64,000 nucleotides of DNA from Actinomycetes bacterium. GTDB taxonomy: Bacteria > Actinomycetota > Thermoleophilia > Solirubrobacterales > Solirubrobacteraceae. The stretch covers positions 6,144 through 70,143 of the forward strand of contig JBAXRO010000002.1 of assembly GCA_037131165.1 (NCBI GenBank), read 5' to 3'. The notes beneath the pieces were generated by a model that was not told the origin of the DNA, ran no database searches, and saw only the letters and a list, made by a program, of their open reading frames with translations. The position numbers were made by a program, and so were the translations under genes. Positions 17,308-25,773 of this stretch are shown here, piece by piece (position 1 is the first letter of the stretch; every line of letters begins with the position of its first letter).

Positions 17308-20100
17308 TCAACCGCAGCCGGTGTTGTTGCCGCAGGACGGGCAGGTGTAGCAGGAGCCGGTCCGCTGCATCATGCCTCCGCACTGCTGGCAGGCCGGTCC
17401 GAGCTCGAGGCCGACGAGCTTCGCCGGCTGAACCGGCGGGGTGTCGGTCATCGCCGAAGCAGCAGCAACCGCGGCACCGCCATTGCCGCTGCCGTTGGTC
17501 GGCCCGGCGGTGTCGGAGACGATCGAGGTAGCTGCCTCTTCGGCCGTCTTCTTCGCCCGGACGTCGGCGGTCATGATGCCGAGCTCCTCCTGCGTCTCCG
17601 CATCGAGGAAGCGTGATGCGAGCCAACGCATGATGTAGTCGGGCATCGACTTGGCGAACGGGATCTCCGGGTTCTGGGTGATCCCTTCCGGCTCGAACCG
17701 CATGTAAGAGAACTTCCGCACGAGGGTCTCGAGCGGGACGCCGTACTGGAGGCCGACCGAGATCGAAGTCGCGAAGGCGTTCATCATGCCTCGCAGGGTC
17801 GATCCCTCCTTGCCGATGTCGGTGAGGAAGATCTCGCCCACCGAACCGTCCTCGTACATTCCAGCGGTGATGTAGCCCTCATGGCCGCCGATCGAGAACT
17901 TGTGGGTGATCGACTGGCGCTCCTGCGGCATCCGCCTGCGACGCGGCCCGACGACCTCGGCGACCATCTCGGCCTTCTGGTCGGCCTCGTCCTGGGCGTC
18001 GGTGCGCAGGGCCTGGGCCGTCTTCGAACCGTCGCGGTAGATCGCGAGCGCCTTGACCCCGAGGCGCCATGCCTCGGTGTAGGCGTCGGCGATGTCCTCG
18101 ACCGTGGCGGTGTGCGGGAGGTTGACTGTCTTCGAGATGGCTCCCGAGATGAACGGCTGGACCGCACCCATCATCTTGATGTGGCCGAGGTGGCTGATCG
18201 CCCTCTCGCCCACCGCCACATCGAACACCTCGAGGTCCTCGTCCTTGAGGTGCGGCGCACCGACGATCGTGCCGTTGGCGTTGATGTGCGCCTCGATCTC
18301 GGCGATCTGGCTGCCCTCGTAGCCAAGGGTCTCGAGCGCCAGCGGCACTGTGCGGTTCACGATCGTCATCTGCCCTCCGCCGACGAGCTCCTTGAACTTC
18401 ACGAGCGAGAAGTCGGGCTCGACTCCGGTCGTGTCGCAGTCCATCAGGAAGGAGATCGTGCCCGTAGGTGCGAGCACCGTGGCCTGGGCGTTGCGGTAGC
18501 CGTACTCGTCGCCGATCTCGACAGCGTCCTCCCATGACTGCTGGGCGGCGGTCAGGAGCGCCTCGTCGGTCGTGTTCTCGACGTCGATTTCGAACGCAGC
18601 GTCACGGTGCATCCGCATCACCGAATTGTGGGCCTCGGCGTTCTCCGGGTATGCCTCGTAAGGGCCGACGGCAGCGGCGATCCGAGCCGAGGCGCGGTAG
18701 GCCCGACCGGTCATCAGTGAAGTGATGGCGGCAGCGGTAGCGCGGCCCTCATCGGAGTCGTAGGGCATCCCGTTTGCCATCAGGAATGCGCCGAGGTTGG
18801 CGTAGCCAAGACCGAGCTGGCGGAACCGGTTCGCGTTGACGCCGATTCCCTCAGTCGGGTACGACGATGCCCCGACGACGATCTCCTGCGCGAGGAAGAC
18901 CACGTCCACGACGTGCTCGAAGGCGGCGACGTCGAAGGACCCGTCCTCGCGGCGGAACTTCATCAGGTTGATCGAAGCCAAGTTGCAGGCCGAATCGTCG
19001 ACGTGCATGTACTCCGAGCAGGGGTTGGAAGCGTTGATCCGACCCGAGTTCGGGCAGGTGTGCCAGGCGTTGATCGTCGTGTCGTACTGGACGCCCGGGT
19101 CGGCGCACCGCCAAGCGGCCTCGGCGATGTCGCGCATCAGGTCACGGGCGGCGATCGGCTCGCCGACCGGCCTGCCGGTCTTGCGGGCGATCAGGTTCCA
19201 ATCCTCACCGTTCTCGACGGCCTGCATGAAGTCGTCGGTGACGCGGACCGAGTTGTTGGCGTTCTGGTACTGAATCGAGGTGAATCCGTCGCCGTCGATC
19301 GACATGTCGAAGCCGGCACGGGCCAGGGCCTCGGCCTTGTCCTCTTCCTTCGCCTTGCACCAGATGAACTCGCGGATGTCCGGATGGTCGACGTCGAGGA
19401 CGACCATCTTGGCCGCGCGACGAGTCTTACCACCGGACTTGATCGTGCCTGCCCACGAGTCCGCTCCGCGCATGAACGAGACGGGACCGGATGCCGTCCC
19501 GCCCTTGGCAAGCGGCTCCATCGAACCACGGATGTTCGAGAGGTTGATGCCTGAACCGGAACCGCCGCGGAAGATCGTGCCCTCCTTGGTGTTCCAAGCG
19601 AGGATCGACTCCATCGTGTCCTCGACGGAGAGGATGAAGCAGGCCGAGCACTGCGGCTTCTCCTCGAAACCGACGTTGAACCAGACCGGCGAGTTGAAGG
19701 CGACAAGCTGGTGGAGCAGGACGTAAGTGAGCTCGTCCTCGAAGGCTTGTGCGTCCTCCTCGGTGGCGAAGTAGCCGCGGGTGCGACCCCAACCGGCGAT
19801 CGTTCCGGAGACGCGGCCGATCATCTGCTTGACCGAACGCTCGCGCTCGGGCGAATCGAGCTGGCCGCGGAAGTACTTCTGGGCGACGATGTTGGTGGCG
19901 TTCTGCGACCAGGTGGCGGGGAACTCAACGTCGCGCTGCTCGAAGGAGACGCTGCCGCCGTGGCCGATCACCGCGTCGCGGATCTCCCATTCGACAGTGT
20001 CGAAAGGATTCGCTCCGGACTCGGTGAATACCCTCGTGATCCCAAGGGCTCCGTCCTCGACTGTGATCTCTGCCGTGGTGTGCTCAGCTGCCTTTGCCAT
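17308..20100 (-). CDS. nrdJ: adenosylcobalamin-dependent (class II) ribonucleotide reductase
   Basis: 930 aa. FPATWSQNATNIVAQKYFRG, NSPVWFNVG, ASNPCSEY and the overall layout match NrdJ. Cys-rich C-terminal tail. Strong AAGGAGAGAG SD. Confidence 0.9.
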   Translation of the reverse strand: MAKAAEHTTAEITVEDGALGITRVFTESGANPFDTVEWEIRDAVIGHGGSVSFEQRDVEFPATWSQNATNIVAQKYFRGQLDSPERERSVKQMIGRVSGTIAGWGRTRGYFATEEDAQAFEDELTYVLLHQLVAFNSPVWFNVGFEEKPQCSACFILSVEDTMESILAWNTKEGTIFRGGSGSGINLSNIRGSMEPLAKGGTASGPVSFMRGADSWAGTIKSGGKTRRAAKMVVLDVDHPDIREFIWCKAKEEDKAEALARAGFDMSIDGDGFTSIQYQNANNSVRVTDDFMQAVENGEDWNLIARKTGRPVGEPIAARDLMRDIAEAAWRCADPGVQYDTTINAWHTCPNSGRINASNPCSEYMHVDDSACNLASINLMKFRREDGSFDVAAFEHVVDVVFLAQEIVVGASSYPTEGIGVNANRFRQLGLGYANLGAFLMANGMPYDSDEGRATAAAITSLMTGRAYRASARIAAAVGPYEAYPENAEAHNSVMRMHRDAAFEIDVENTTDEALLTAAQQSWEDAVEIGDEYGYRNAQATVLAPTGTISFLMDCDTTGVEPDFSLVKFKELVGGGQMTIVNRTVPLALETLGYEGSQIAEIEAHINANGTIVGAPHLKDEDLEVFDVAVGERAISHLGHIKMMGAVQPFISGAISKTVNLPHTATVEDIADAYTEAWRLGVKALAIYRDGSKTAQALRTDAQDEADQKAEMVAEVVGPRRRRMPQERQSITHKFSIGGHEGYITAGMYEDGSVGEIFLTDIGKEGSTLRGMMNAFATSISVGLQYGVPLETLVRKFSYMRFEPEGITQNPEIPFAKSMPDYIMRWLASRFLDAETQEELGIMTADVRAKKTAEEAATSIVSDTAGPTNGSGNGGAAVAAASAMTDTPPVQPAKLVGLELGPACQQCGGMMQRTGSCYTCPSCGNNTGCG

Positions 20101-20336
20101 TTGCTCTCTCCTTCTTCCTTGCCTTCTTCGATTGCTTCCCCGGACGACCGGTTGGGGCGTAGCCGGCCTGTATGCGAGGGTCGGGCAGTGTCTACCTTGG
20201 CTCGGACGGAACGCAACCTCCGTTGCAGCAATCAGCGGGAATCGGCCGTAACCACTGTAGGACGAGGACCCTGCAACCTGCCTGATTTCAGCGGCTTGTG
20301 GCCTCTCGCTGCCGTTGCCCCTAAGCTCGTCACCCG

Positions 20337-21326
20337 ATGAACATTCTCGTCACAGGCGGAGCGGGCTACGTCGGATCGGTGAGCGCCCGGGTGCTGATGG
20401 CAGCCGGCCACCGGGTGACGGTGCTCGACGACCTCTCCCGGGGCCACCGCGAGGCGATCCCCGAGGGGGCCGACTTCATCGAGTGCGACCTGCTCGACCC
20501 GGCCTCGCTCGACCGAGCCCTGGCCGAAGGGCGCTTCGACTGCGTCCTCCACTGCGCGGCCCTCGCTCTGGTCGGCGAATCGGTGACGAACCCCGAGCGC
20601 TATTGGCGCACGAACATCACCGGCTCACTGAACCTGCTCGACTCGATGCGCTCGGCCGGGATCGGGACCCTCGTTTTCTCCTCGACCTGCGCAACCTACG
20701 GCGAGCCTGAGGTCGTGCCGATCGCGGAGGACTGCCCCACGCGCCCGGTCAATCCCTACGGCGAGAGCAAGCTCGCGGTCGACAGAATGATCACGGCAGA
20801 AGCGGCAGCGCACGGCCTCGCTGCGATCTCGCTGCGCTACTTCAACGTCGCCGGGGCGAGCGGCCCGTGCGGCGAGGACCACGAGCCCGAGACGCACCTG
20901 ATCCCCAACGTCCTGCGCGCCGCTCAGGGGAAGCTCGAGCATGTCAACGTGTTCGGGACCGACTACCCGACCCCGGACGGCACCGCGATCCGCGACTACA
21001 TCCACGTCGAGGACCTCGCTGACGCCCACATGCTTGCCCTCGAGCAGGCGCGACCGGGCGAGCACCGGATCTTCAACATCGGCAACGGCAACGGATTCAG
21101 CGTCCTCGAAGTGATTGAGGCTGCGAAGCGGGTCACTGGGCTCGAGATCAAGGTCGTCGAGGCGCCAAGGCGCGAGGGCGACCCGCCGATGCTCGTCGCG
21201 GCGTCACAGAGAATCAGGGCCGAGCTCGGCTGGGAGGCCAAGCGCCCCGACCTCGACTCGATGATCGCCGATGCGTGGGGCTTCGCTCAGGCGAGGCCCG
21301 ACGGCTACGGGGCAGAGTCGGTCTGA
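20337..21326 (+). CDS. galE: UDP-glucose 4-epimerase
   Basis: MNILVTGGAGYVGS, PVNPYGESKLAVDRM (YxxxK) and DGTAIRDYIHVEDLADAH. Confidence 0.85.
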   Translation: MNILVTGGAGYVGSVSARVLMAAGHRVTVLDDLSRGHREAIPEGADFIECDLLDPASLDRALAEGRFDCVLHCAALALVGESVTNPERYWRTNITGSLNLLDSMRSAGIGTLVFSSTCATYGEPEVVPIAEDCPTRPVNPYGESKLAVDRMITAEAAAHGLAAISLRYFNVAGASGPCGEDHEPETHLIPNVLRAAQGKLEHVNVFGTDYPTPDGTAIRDYIHVEDLADAHMLALEQARPGEHRIFNIGNGNGFSVLEVIEAAKRVTGLEIKVVEAPRREGDPPMLVAASQRIRAELGWEAKRPDLDSMIADAWGFAQARPDGYGAESV

Positions 21327-21949
21327 GCGATCAGATCGGCCACCGCGTCGGCGGCGGCCAGCAGCAGTTCGCCCGGGGGCAGGCTCGCGTCGAGCACCCT
21401 GAACCGTTCAGGCTCGGCCTCCGCGAAGCGTGAGTAGGCGGCCGCGATCTCGGTGAAGAAGGAGTCGTCCTCGGCCTCGAGCCGGTCGGGGGCCTCCCCC
21501 CTCGAGTAAGCCCGTTGCCTGGCTGCGGCAGGGTCGATCGCGAGCAGCAGGGTGCGATCGGGGACCAGGCCACCGGTGGCGAAGCGGTTGATCGCGGCAA
21601 CGTCCTCGACCCCGAGTCCGCGGGCAACGCCTTGGTAGGCGAGCGAGGAGTCGACGTAGCGGTCGAGCAGCACCCACGAGCCGGAGTACATAAGCGGGGT
21701 GACTTCCTGCTCGATCAGCTCCGCTCTGGCGGCGGCGTAGAGCAGTGCTTCGGCCCGCCCGCCGATCGTCATCTCGGGATCCTTGAGCAGATCGCGGATC
21801 CTCTCGGAGAGGACGACACCGCCAGGCTCGCGCAGGAGCCGGGCATCCACCCCGTGCCGCTCGGCGAGGAGTTCGACGAGTGAAACGGCGAGGGTCGTCT
21901 TGCCGGCCCCGTCGATCCCCTCGACGGTTATCAGTCTCCCCATTGGCAC
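21305..21949 (-). CDS. tmk: thymidylate kinase
   Basis: GRLITVEGIDGAGKTT P-loop, REPGG and DRYVDSSLAYQG. GTG 21949 lies 7 nt after a TAGGGT box; ATG 21943 is the alternative. The 3' end overlaps galE by 22 nt (convergent). Confidence 0.85.
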   Translation of the reverse strand: MPMGRLITVEGIDGAGKTTLAVSLVELLAERHGVDARLLREPGGVVLSERIRDLLKDPEMTIGGRAEALLYAAARAELIEQEVTPLMYSGSWVLLDRYVDSSLAYQGVARGLGVEDVAAINRFATGGLVPDRTLLLAIDPAAARQRAYSRGEAPDRLEAEDDSFFTEIAAAYSRFAEAEPERFRVLDASLPPGELLLAAADAVADLIAQTDSAP

Positions 21950-21956
21950 GAGTCCG

Positions 21957-21962
21957 ACCCTA
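21957..21962 (-). promoter_or_regulatory. -10-like box TAGGGT, 7 nt upstream of GTG 21949
   Basis: Plus strand reads acccta. Spacer is 21950-21956. Confidence 0.35.
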
Positions 21963-21997
21963 CCCGCCCGGGTCGCCGCCTATTCTCCTGCGGCGCA

Positions 21998-23104
21998 ATG
22001 GACGTGCTCGCCAAACACGCTCAGGCCAACGCGGTGTTCGCGCCTGTGCTCGAAGGCCGGGTCGCCGCATCCCACGCTTACCTGCTGCACGGCCCGGCAG
22101 GAAGCGGGCGCTCGGAGGTCGCAGCGCTGGTCGCGACCGCCTTGCTGGCCGAAGGGTCGGCCAGAGACGACACCGCGAGCCGGGTCGAGGCCCGGTCCCA
22201 CCCGGACCTCACCTGGATCACCCCGGCCGGCGCGAACGGCGAGGTACTGGTGGACGACATCCGTGACCGGGTGGTGGCTGCGGTCCCGATGACCCCGTTC
22301 GAAGCGAGGCGCCGGGTGTTCGTGATCGAGGGGGCCGACCGGATGAACGAATCGGCCGCCAATGCCTTCCTCAAGACGCTGGAGGAGCCGCCGGCCTTCG
22401 CGCACCTGATCCTGATCGCCGATTCTCTCGACTCCGTCATGCCGACGCTGGTGTCGCGCTGCCAGACGGTGAGGTTCGACCCGGCCGGCACGGCCGAGCT
22501 GGCAGCGATGCTGGAACGTGAGGGCGTCCCCACCGCGCTCGCACTCGAATGCGCAGAGCTTGCCGACGGTGACGGAGCCAGGGCCAAGATGCTCGCCGAG
22601 GACAGCGGCGGGACGCTCAGGCGCGGCGGCGAGGAACTGGCGCGCGCAGCCCTGACGGGCAGTTCAGCCACTGCGAGGCCATGGGTCGAGCTGATTGCAT
22701 CCGCCGCGGAGTTGGGAAAAGCCGCAGGCGAGGAAGTGCGAAGGGAGTCCGAGGAGCGGCTCGAGACGGCGGCGCGCAGCGAACGCTCGCGGATCGAACG
22801 CGATGCCGAGGAGCAGGGCAAGCGGGCTCAGCGCAGGGCCGAGAGCGCAGCGGTGGACCTCGCCCTGTTCATCGCCGAGTCGTGGCTGCGCGACCTCCAC
22901 AGGTCCAGCCTCGGTGCCGGTGACCTGATCGCCAACGACCGGCGTCGAGCCGAGGTGACTGAGCTTTCGCGCTCGACGGCACCGTCGCGGGTAAGGTTTG
23001 CGATCGACATGATCGGTCGGACCCGCCGGGCACTCCGGTTGAACGTAACCCGGGAGCTCGCGCTCGAGTCCCTCGCCCACCGCCTCGACGGCGTACTTCG
23101 ATGA
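21998..23104 (+). CDS. holB: DNA polymerase III delta-prime subunit
   Basis: HAYLLHGPAGSGRS, RVFVIEGADRMNESAANAFLKTLEEPP and LVSRCQTVRF. Confidence 0.8.
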   Translation: MDVLAKHAQANAVFAPVLEGRVAASHAYLLHGPAGSGRSEVAALVATALLAEGSARDDTASRVEARSHPDLTWITPAGANGEVLVDDIRDRVVAAVPMTPFEARRRVFVIEGADRMNESAANAFLKTLEEPPAFAHLILIADSLDSVMPTLVSRCQTVRFDPAGTAELAAMLEREGVPTALALECAELADGDGARAKMLAEDSGGTLRRGGEELARAALTGSSATARPWVELIASAAELGKAAGEEVRRESEERLETAARSERSRIERDAEEQGKRAQRRAESAAVDLALFIAESWLRDLHRSSLGAGDLIANDRRRAEVTELSRSTAPSRVRFAIDMIGRTRRALRLNVTRELALESLAHRLDGVLR

Positions 23105-23952
23105 ACCTCCTCGCGGCGTCCGGAGCGGCGGACATGAACGCGCTCGAGGCGATCGTCCTCGGGATCGTCCAGGGCCTGACGGAGTTCCTCCCGATCTCCT
23201 CGACCGCCCACGTGAGGATCGTGCCCGCCCTGTTCGGCTGGGGCGATCCCGGAGCCGCCTTCACTGCGGTGATCCAGCTCGGCACGATGGCGGCGGTCGT
23301 CATCTACTTCAGGGCCGACCTTTGGCGCATCTTCACGACCTGGCTGCGGTCGCTGCCGAACGCGGAACTGCGCTCGAGCCACGACGCGAAGATGGGCTGG
23401 TACATCCTGCTGGGCACCCTGCCGGTCGGGATCTTCGGCTTCATCTTCAAGGACCAGATCGAGACCGCCGCGAGGTCGCTGTGGGTGATCGGCACCGTGA
23501 TGATCCTGTTCTCTCTGGTGATGGCCTCGGCCGACCAGACGGCGAAGCGGACCCGAGCGGTCGAGGACCTCGACCGCAAGGATGCAGCGATTATCGGCCT
23601 CTGGCAGGCGCTTGCGCTGATCCCAGGGGTCTCGCGCTCGGGAGCGACGATCAGCGCCGGCCTTTTCCGCGGCCTCGACGAGGTCGCCGCAGCCCGATAC
23701 TCGTTCCTGCTGAGCGTGCCTGCGGTCGTGGCAAGCGGTCTGTTCGAGCTGAGGAAGATCGGCGAGGCTGGGGTTCACCCAAGCTTCGCGATGACCGCGA
23801 TCGCGGCACTGTTTGCCTTCATCTCGGGATACGCAGCGATCGCGTTCCTGCTGCGCTGGCTGACGACCCACAACCTGCGGCCGTTCGTCGTCTACCGGAT
23901 CGTCGTCGGGGCCGGGATCCTGATCCTGACCGGCTTCGGCGTCATTTCCTGA
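23101..23952 (+). CDS. uppP: undecaprenyl-diphosphate phosphatase
   Basis: IVQGLTEFLPISSTAH and LIPGVSRSGATI motifs. ATG 23101 forms an ATGA overlap with holB; ATG 23134 is the alternative. Confidence 0.85.
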   Translation: MNLLAASGAADMNALEAIVLGIVQGLTEFLPISSTAHVRIVPALFGWGDPGAAFTAVIQLGTMAAVVIYFRADLWRIFTTWLRSLPNAELRSSHDAKMGWYILLGTLPVGIFGFIFKDQIETAARSLWVIGTVMILFSLVMASADQTAKRTRAVEDLDRKDAAIIGLWQALALIPGVSRSGATISAGLFRGLDEVAAARYSFLLSVPAVVASGLFELRKIGEAGVHPSFAMTAIAALFAFISGYAAIAFLLRWLTTHNLRPFVVYRIVVGAGILILTGFGVIS

Positions 23953-23961
23953 GCGACCGGC

Positions 23962-24840
23962 TCAGCGAAGGTCAATGGGCCCGAGGTCGACCTCGAGGCC
24001 CCACGTCTCGAACCCCCTGAAGCCACCGAACTGCTTGTGGTCGGGACCGTGGAAGTCGGTCGAACCGGTAGTCATCAGGCCGAGCTCGCGCGCAAGCGAG
24101 TGGAGCTGCTCGGTCTCCGAGCGGCTGTGGGTGACGTAGAAGCATTCGATCCCGTCGAGCCCGTCGGCGGCGAATCGCCTGACTGCATCGTCGACCGCCT
24201 CGACCCCGTATTCGCCGGCCGGGAAGAACGGGTGGGCGTAGACGGCCACGCCGCCTGCGTCATGGACCCAGCCGATCGCCTCGGCGACCGTCGGGTGGTG
24301 CCTCGAGACGAAGGCCTCCTTGCCGCGGCTGATCAGCGCCTCGATCACGTCGCCCGTGCTCTCGAAACCCCGTTCCGCGATCCGCTCGGCATTTTCGGGG
24401 TCGCGCAGCAGGGCCTCTGCGAGGTGCGGGCGGCCGAGCGTCCCTCCCTCAGCTTCGAGCAGTCGGAGATATTCAAGGTCGATGCTCCAGCCCGCCCGCT
24501 CGAGCTCCTCGGCCATCAGGTGACTGCGGCGGACCCTCTCCGCTCGGGCCTCGGCGAGGCGGGCCAGCAGCTCGGGGTCGCTGTGGTCGACGAGATAGCC
24601 GACGAGGTGAATGTCGTCGTGGTCGTCGTCGACTGCGGTGATCTCGACTGCGGGCACGATGGCGATGCCGTGCTCGGCACCGGCCTCGAGCGCCTCGGCG
24701 ACGCCATCGAGGTTGTCGTGGTCGGAGAGGGCGAGCAACTCAACTCCCGCCGCGGCGGCACGGGCTACGACTTCGCGCGGGCGGAGCTCGCCGTCGCTGA
24801 AGACGGAGTGCGACTGAAGGTCGAAGGTCGGCCTCTCCAC
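23962..24840 (-). CDS. PHP-domain phosphoesterase (TrpH/YciV-like)
   Basis: VERPTFDLQSHSVFSDGE..LALSDHDNLDG..YAHPF..GSTDFHG. GTG 24840 lies 7 nt after a TACCAT box. The longer track ORF adds only an Arg-rich extension. Confidence 0.75.
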   Translation of the reverse strand: MERPTFDLQSHSVFSDGELRPREVVARAAAAGVELLALSDHDNLDGVAEALEAGAEHGIAIVPAVEITAVDDDHDDIHLVGYLVDHSDPELLARLAEARAERVRRSHLMAEELERAGWSIDLEYLRLLEAEGGTLGRPHLAEALLRDPENAERIAERGFESTGDVIEALISRGKEAFVSRHHPTVAEAIGWVHDAGGVAVYAHPFFPAGEYGVEAVDDAVRRFAADGLDGIECFYVTHSRSETEQLHSLARELGLMTTGSTDFHGPDHKQFGGFRGFETWGLEVDLGPIDLR

Positions 24841-24847
24841 CAGTGCG

Positions 24848-24853
24848 ATGGTA
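24848..24853 (-). promoter_or_regulatory. -10-like box TACCAT, 7 nt upstream of GTG 24840
   Basis: Plus strand reads atggta. Confidence 0.35.
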
Positions 24854-24887
24854 CGGGTCCGGCGGACGGCCGGTCGGCGGCTGCCTC

Positions 24888-24893
24888 TACCCT
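24888..24893 (+). promoter_or_regulatory. -10-like box TACCCT, 6 nt upstream of GTG 24900
   Basis: taccct followed by gcgcct, then GTG. Confidence 0.35.
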
Positions 24894-24899
24894 GCGCCT

Positions 24900-25673
24900 G
24901 TGTCCGACCTGCCGGCAGACCTCGCACTGGCCCTGAGACTCGCCGACGCCGCCGACTCGGAGACCCTCCAGCGCTTCCAGGGGCGTGACCTGCGGGTCGA
25001 GACCAAGCCCGACAGGACACCGGTCACCGAGGCCGACCTGGCGGCCGAGGCAGCGATGCTCGAGTTGCTGGCAAGCGAGCGCGCCGGCGATTCGATCCTG
25101 AGCGAGGAGGCCGGCGCCTCCGGCTCCGGTGAGCGCCAATGGGTACTCGACCCGGTCGACGGGACAAAGCAGTTCCTGCGCGGACTGCCGTCGTGGGCGA
25201 CCCTGATCGCATTGAGGGAATCCGGGGAGACGATCGTCGCTGTCGTCTCGGCCCCGGCGCTGCGCCGCCGCTGGTGGGCTACCCGCGGGGGCGGCTCATT
25301 CGCCGATGGTGGCGACAGACTGAAGGTCAGCGCCGTGAGCGACTTGGCGGACTCCGTCCTGCTGCACGCCGAGCTGAGCGCGTGGCAGTCGGTCGGTGGT
25401 CCGGAGCCGCTGGTCGCGCTGGCCAGCGAGTGCTGGCAGAGCAGGGGCTACGGGGACTTCTGGATCCACTGCCTCGTAGCCGAGGGGGCCGCGGAGATCG
25501 CAGCCGAGCCGGGTCCGAGCCTTTGGGACCTGGCCGCCCCGGCGCTGATCGTCGAGGAGGCCGGCGGGCGCTTCACGTCGCTGACGGGCGAGCCCGGCCC
25601 CGAGGGTGGCTCCGCCCTGTCGACCAACGGGCTGCTGCACGACGCCGCACTCGAGTCGTTGGCCAGACGCTAA
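24900..25673 (+). CDS. inositol monophosphatase family protein (histidinol-phosphatase HisN-like)
   Basis: VSDLPADLALALRLADAAD..KPDRTPVTEAD..SEEAG..WVLDPVDGTKQF..WDLAAP. Confidence 0.75.
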   Translation: MSDLPADLALALRLADAADSETLQRFQGRDLRVETKPDRTPVTEADLAAEAAMLELLASERAGDSILSEEAGASGSGERQWVLDPVDGTKQFLRGLPSWATLIALRESGETIVAVVSAPALRRRWWATRGGGSFADGGDRLKVSAVSDLADSVLLHAELSAWQSVGGPEPLVALASECWQSRGYGDFWIHCLVAEGAAEIAAEPGPSLWDLAAPALIVEEAGGRFTSLTGEPGPEGGSALSTNGLLHDAALESLARR

Positions 25674-25691
25674 AGGACCCCGGAACAAGTT

Positions 25692-25721
25692 GAGCCGGCC
25701 GACCTCGCGGTCGACCGGCTC
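25692..25721. terminator. hairpin 1 between convergent genes
   Basis: GAGCCGGcCGACC-tcgc-GGTCGaCCGGCTC: 12 bp with one mismatch, flanked by AAAAA on the plus strand. Confidence 0.45.
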
Positions 25722-25736
25722 AAAAAGGAAGAAACC

Positions 25737-25762
25737 GTCCGCCGCGCTTTCGCGCGGCGGAC
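25737..25762. terminator. hairpin 2 between convergent genes
   Basis: GTCCGCCGCGC-tttc-GCGCGGCGGAC, a perfect 11-bp stem. TTT follows on the plus strand and GGTTTCTTCC on the minus strand. Confidence 0.55.
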
Positions 25763-25773
25763 TTTCAGGATCC

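Noticed and set aside
20101-20336. Cobalamin riboswitch or NrdR boxes upstream of nrdJ
   Set aside because: I could not find a B12-box core or tandem AT-rich 16-bp palindromes by eye, so nothing is reported as a feature. A covariance-model or PWM scan would be needed.
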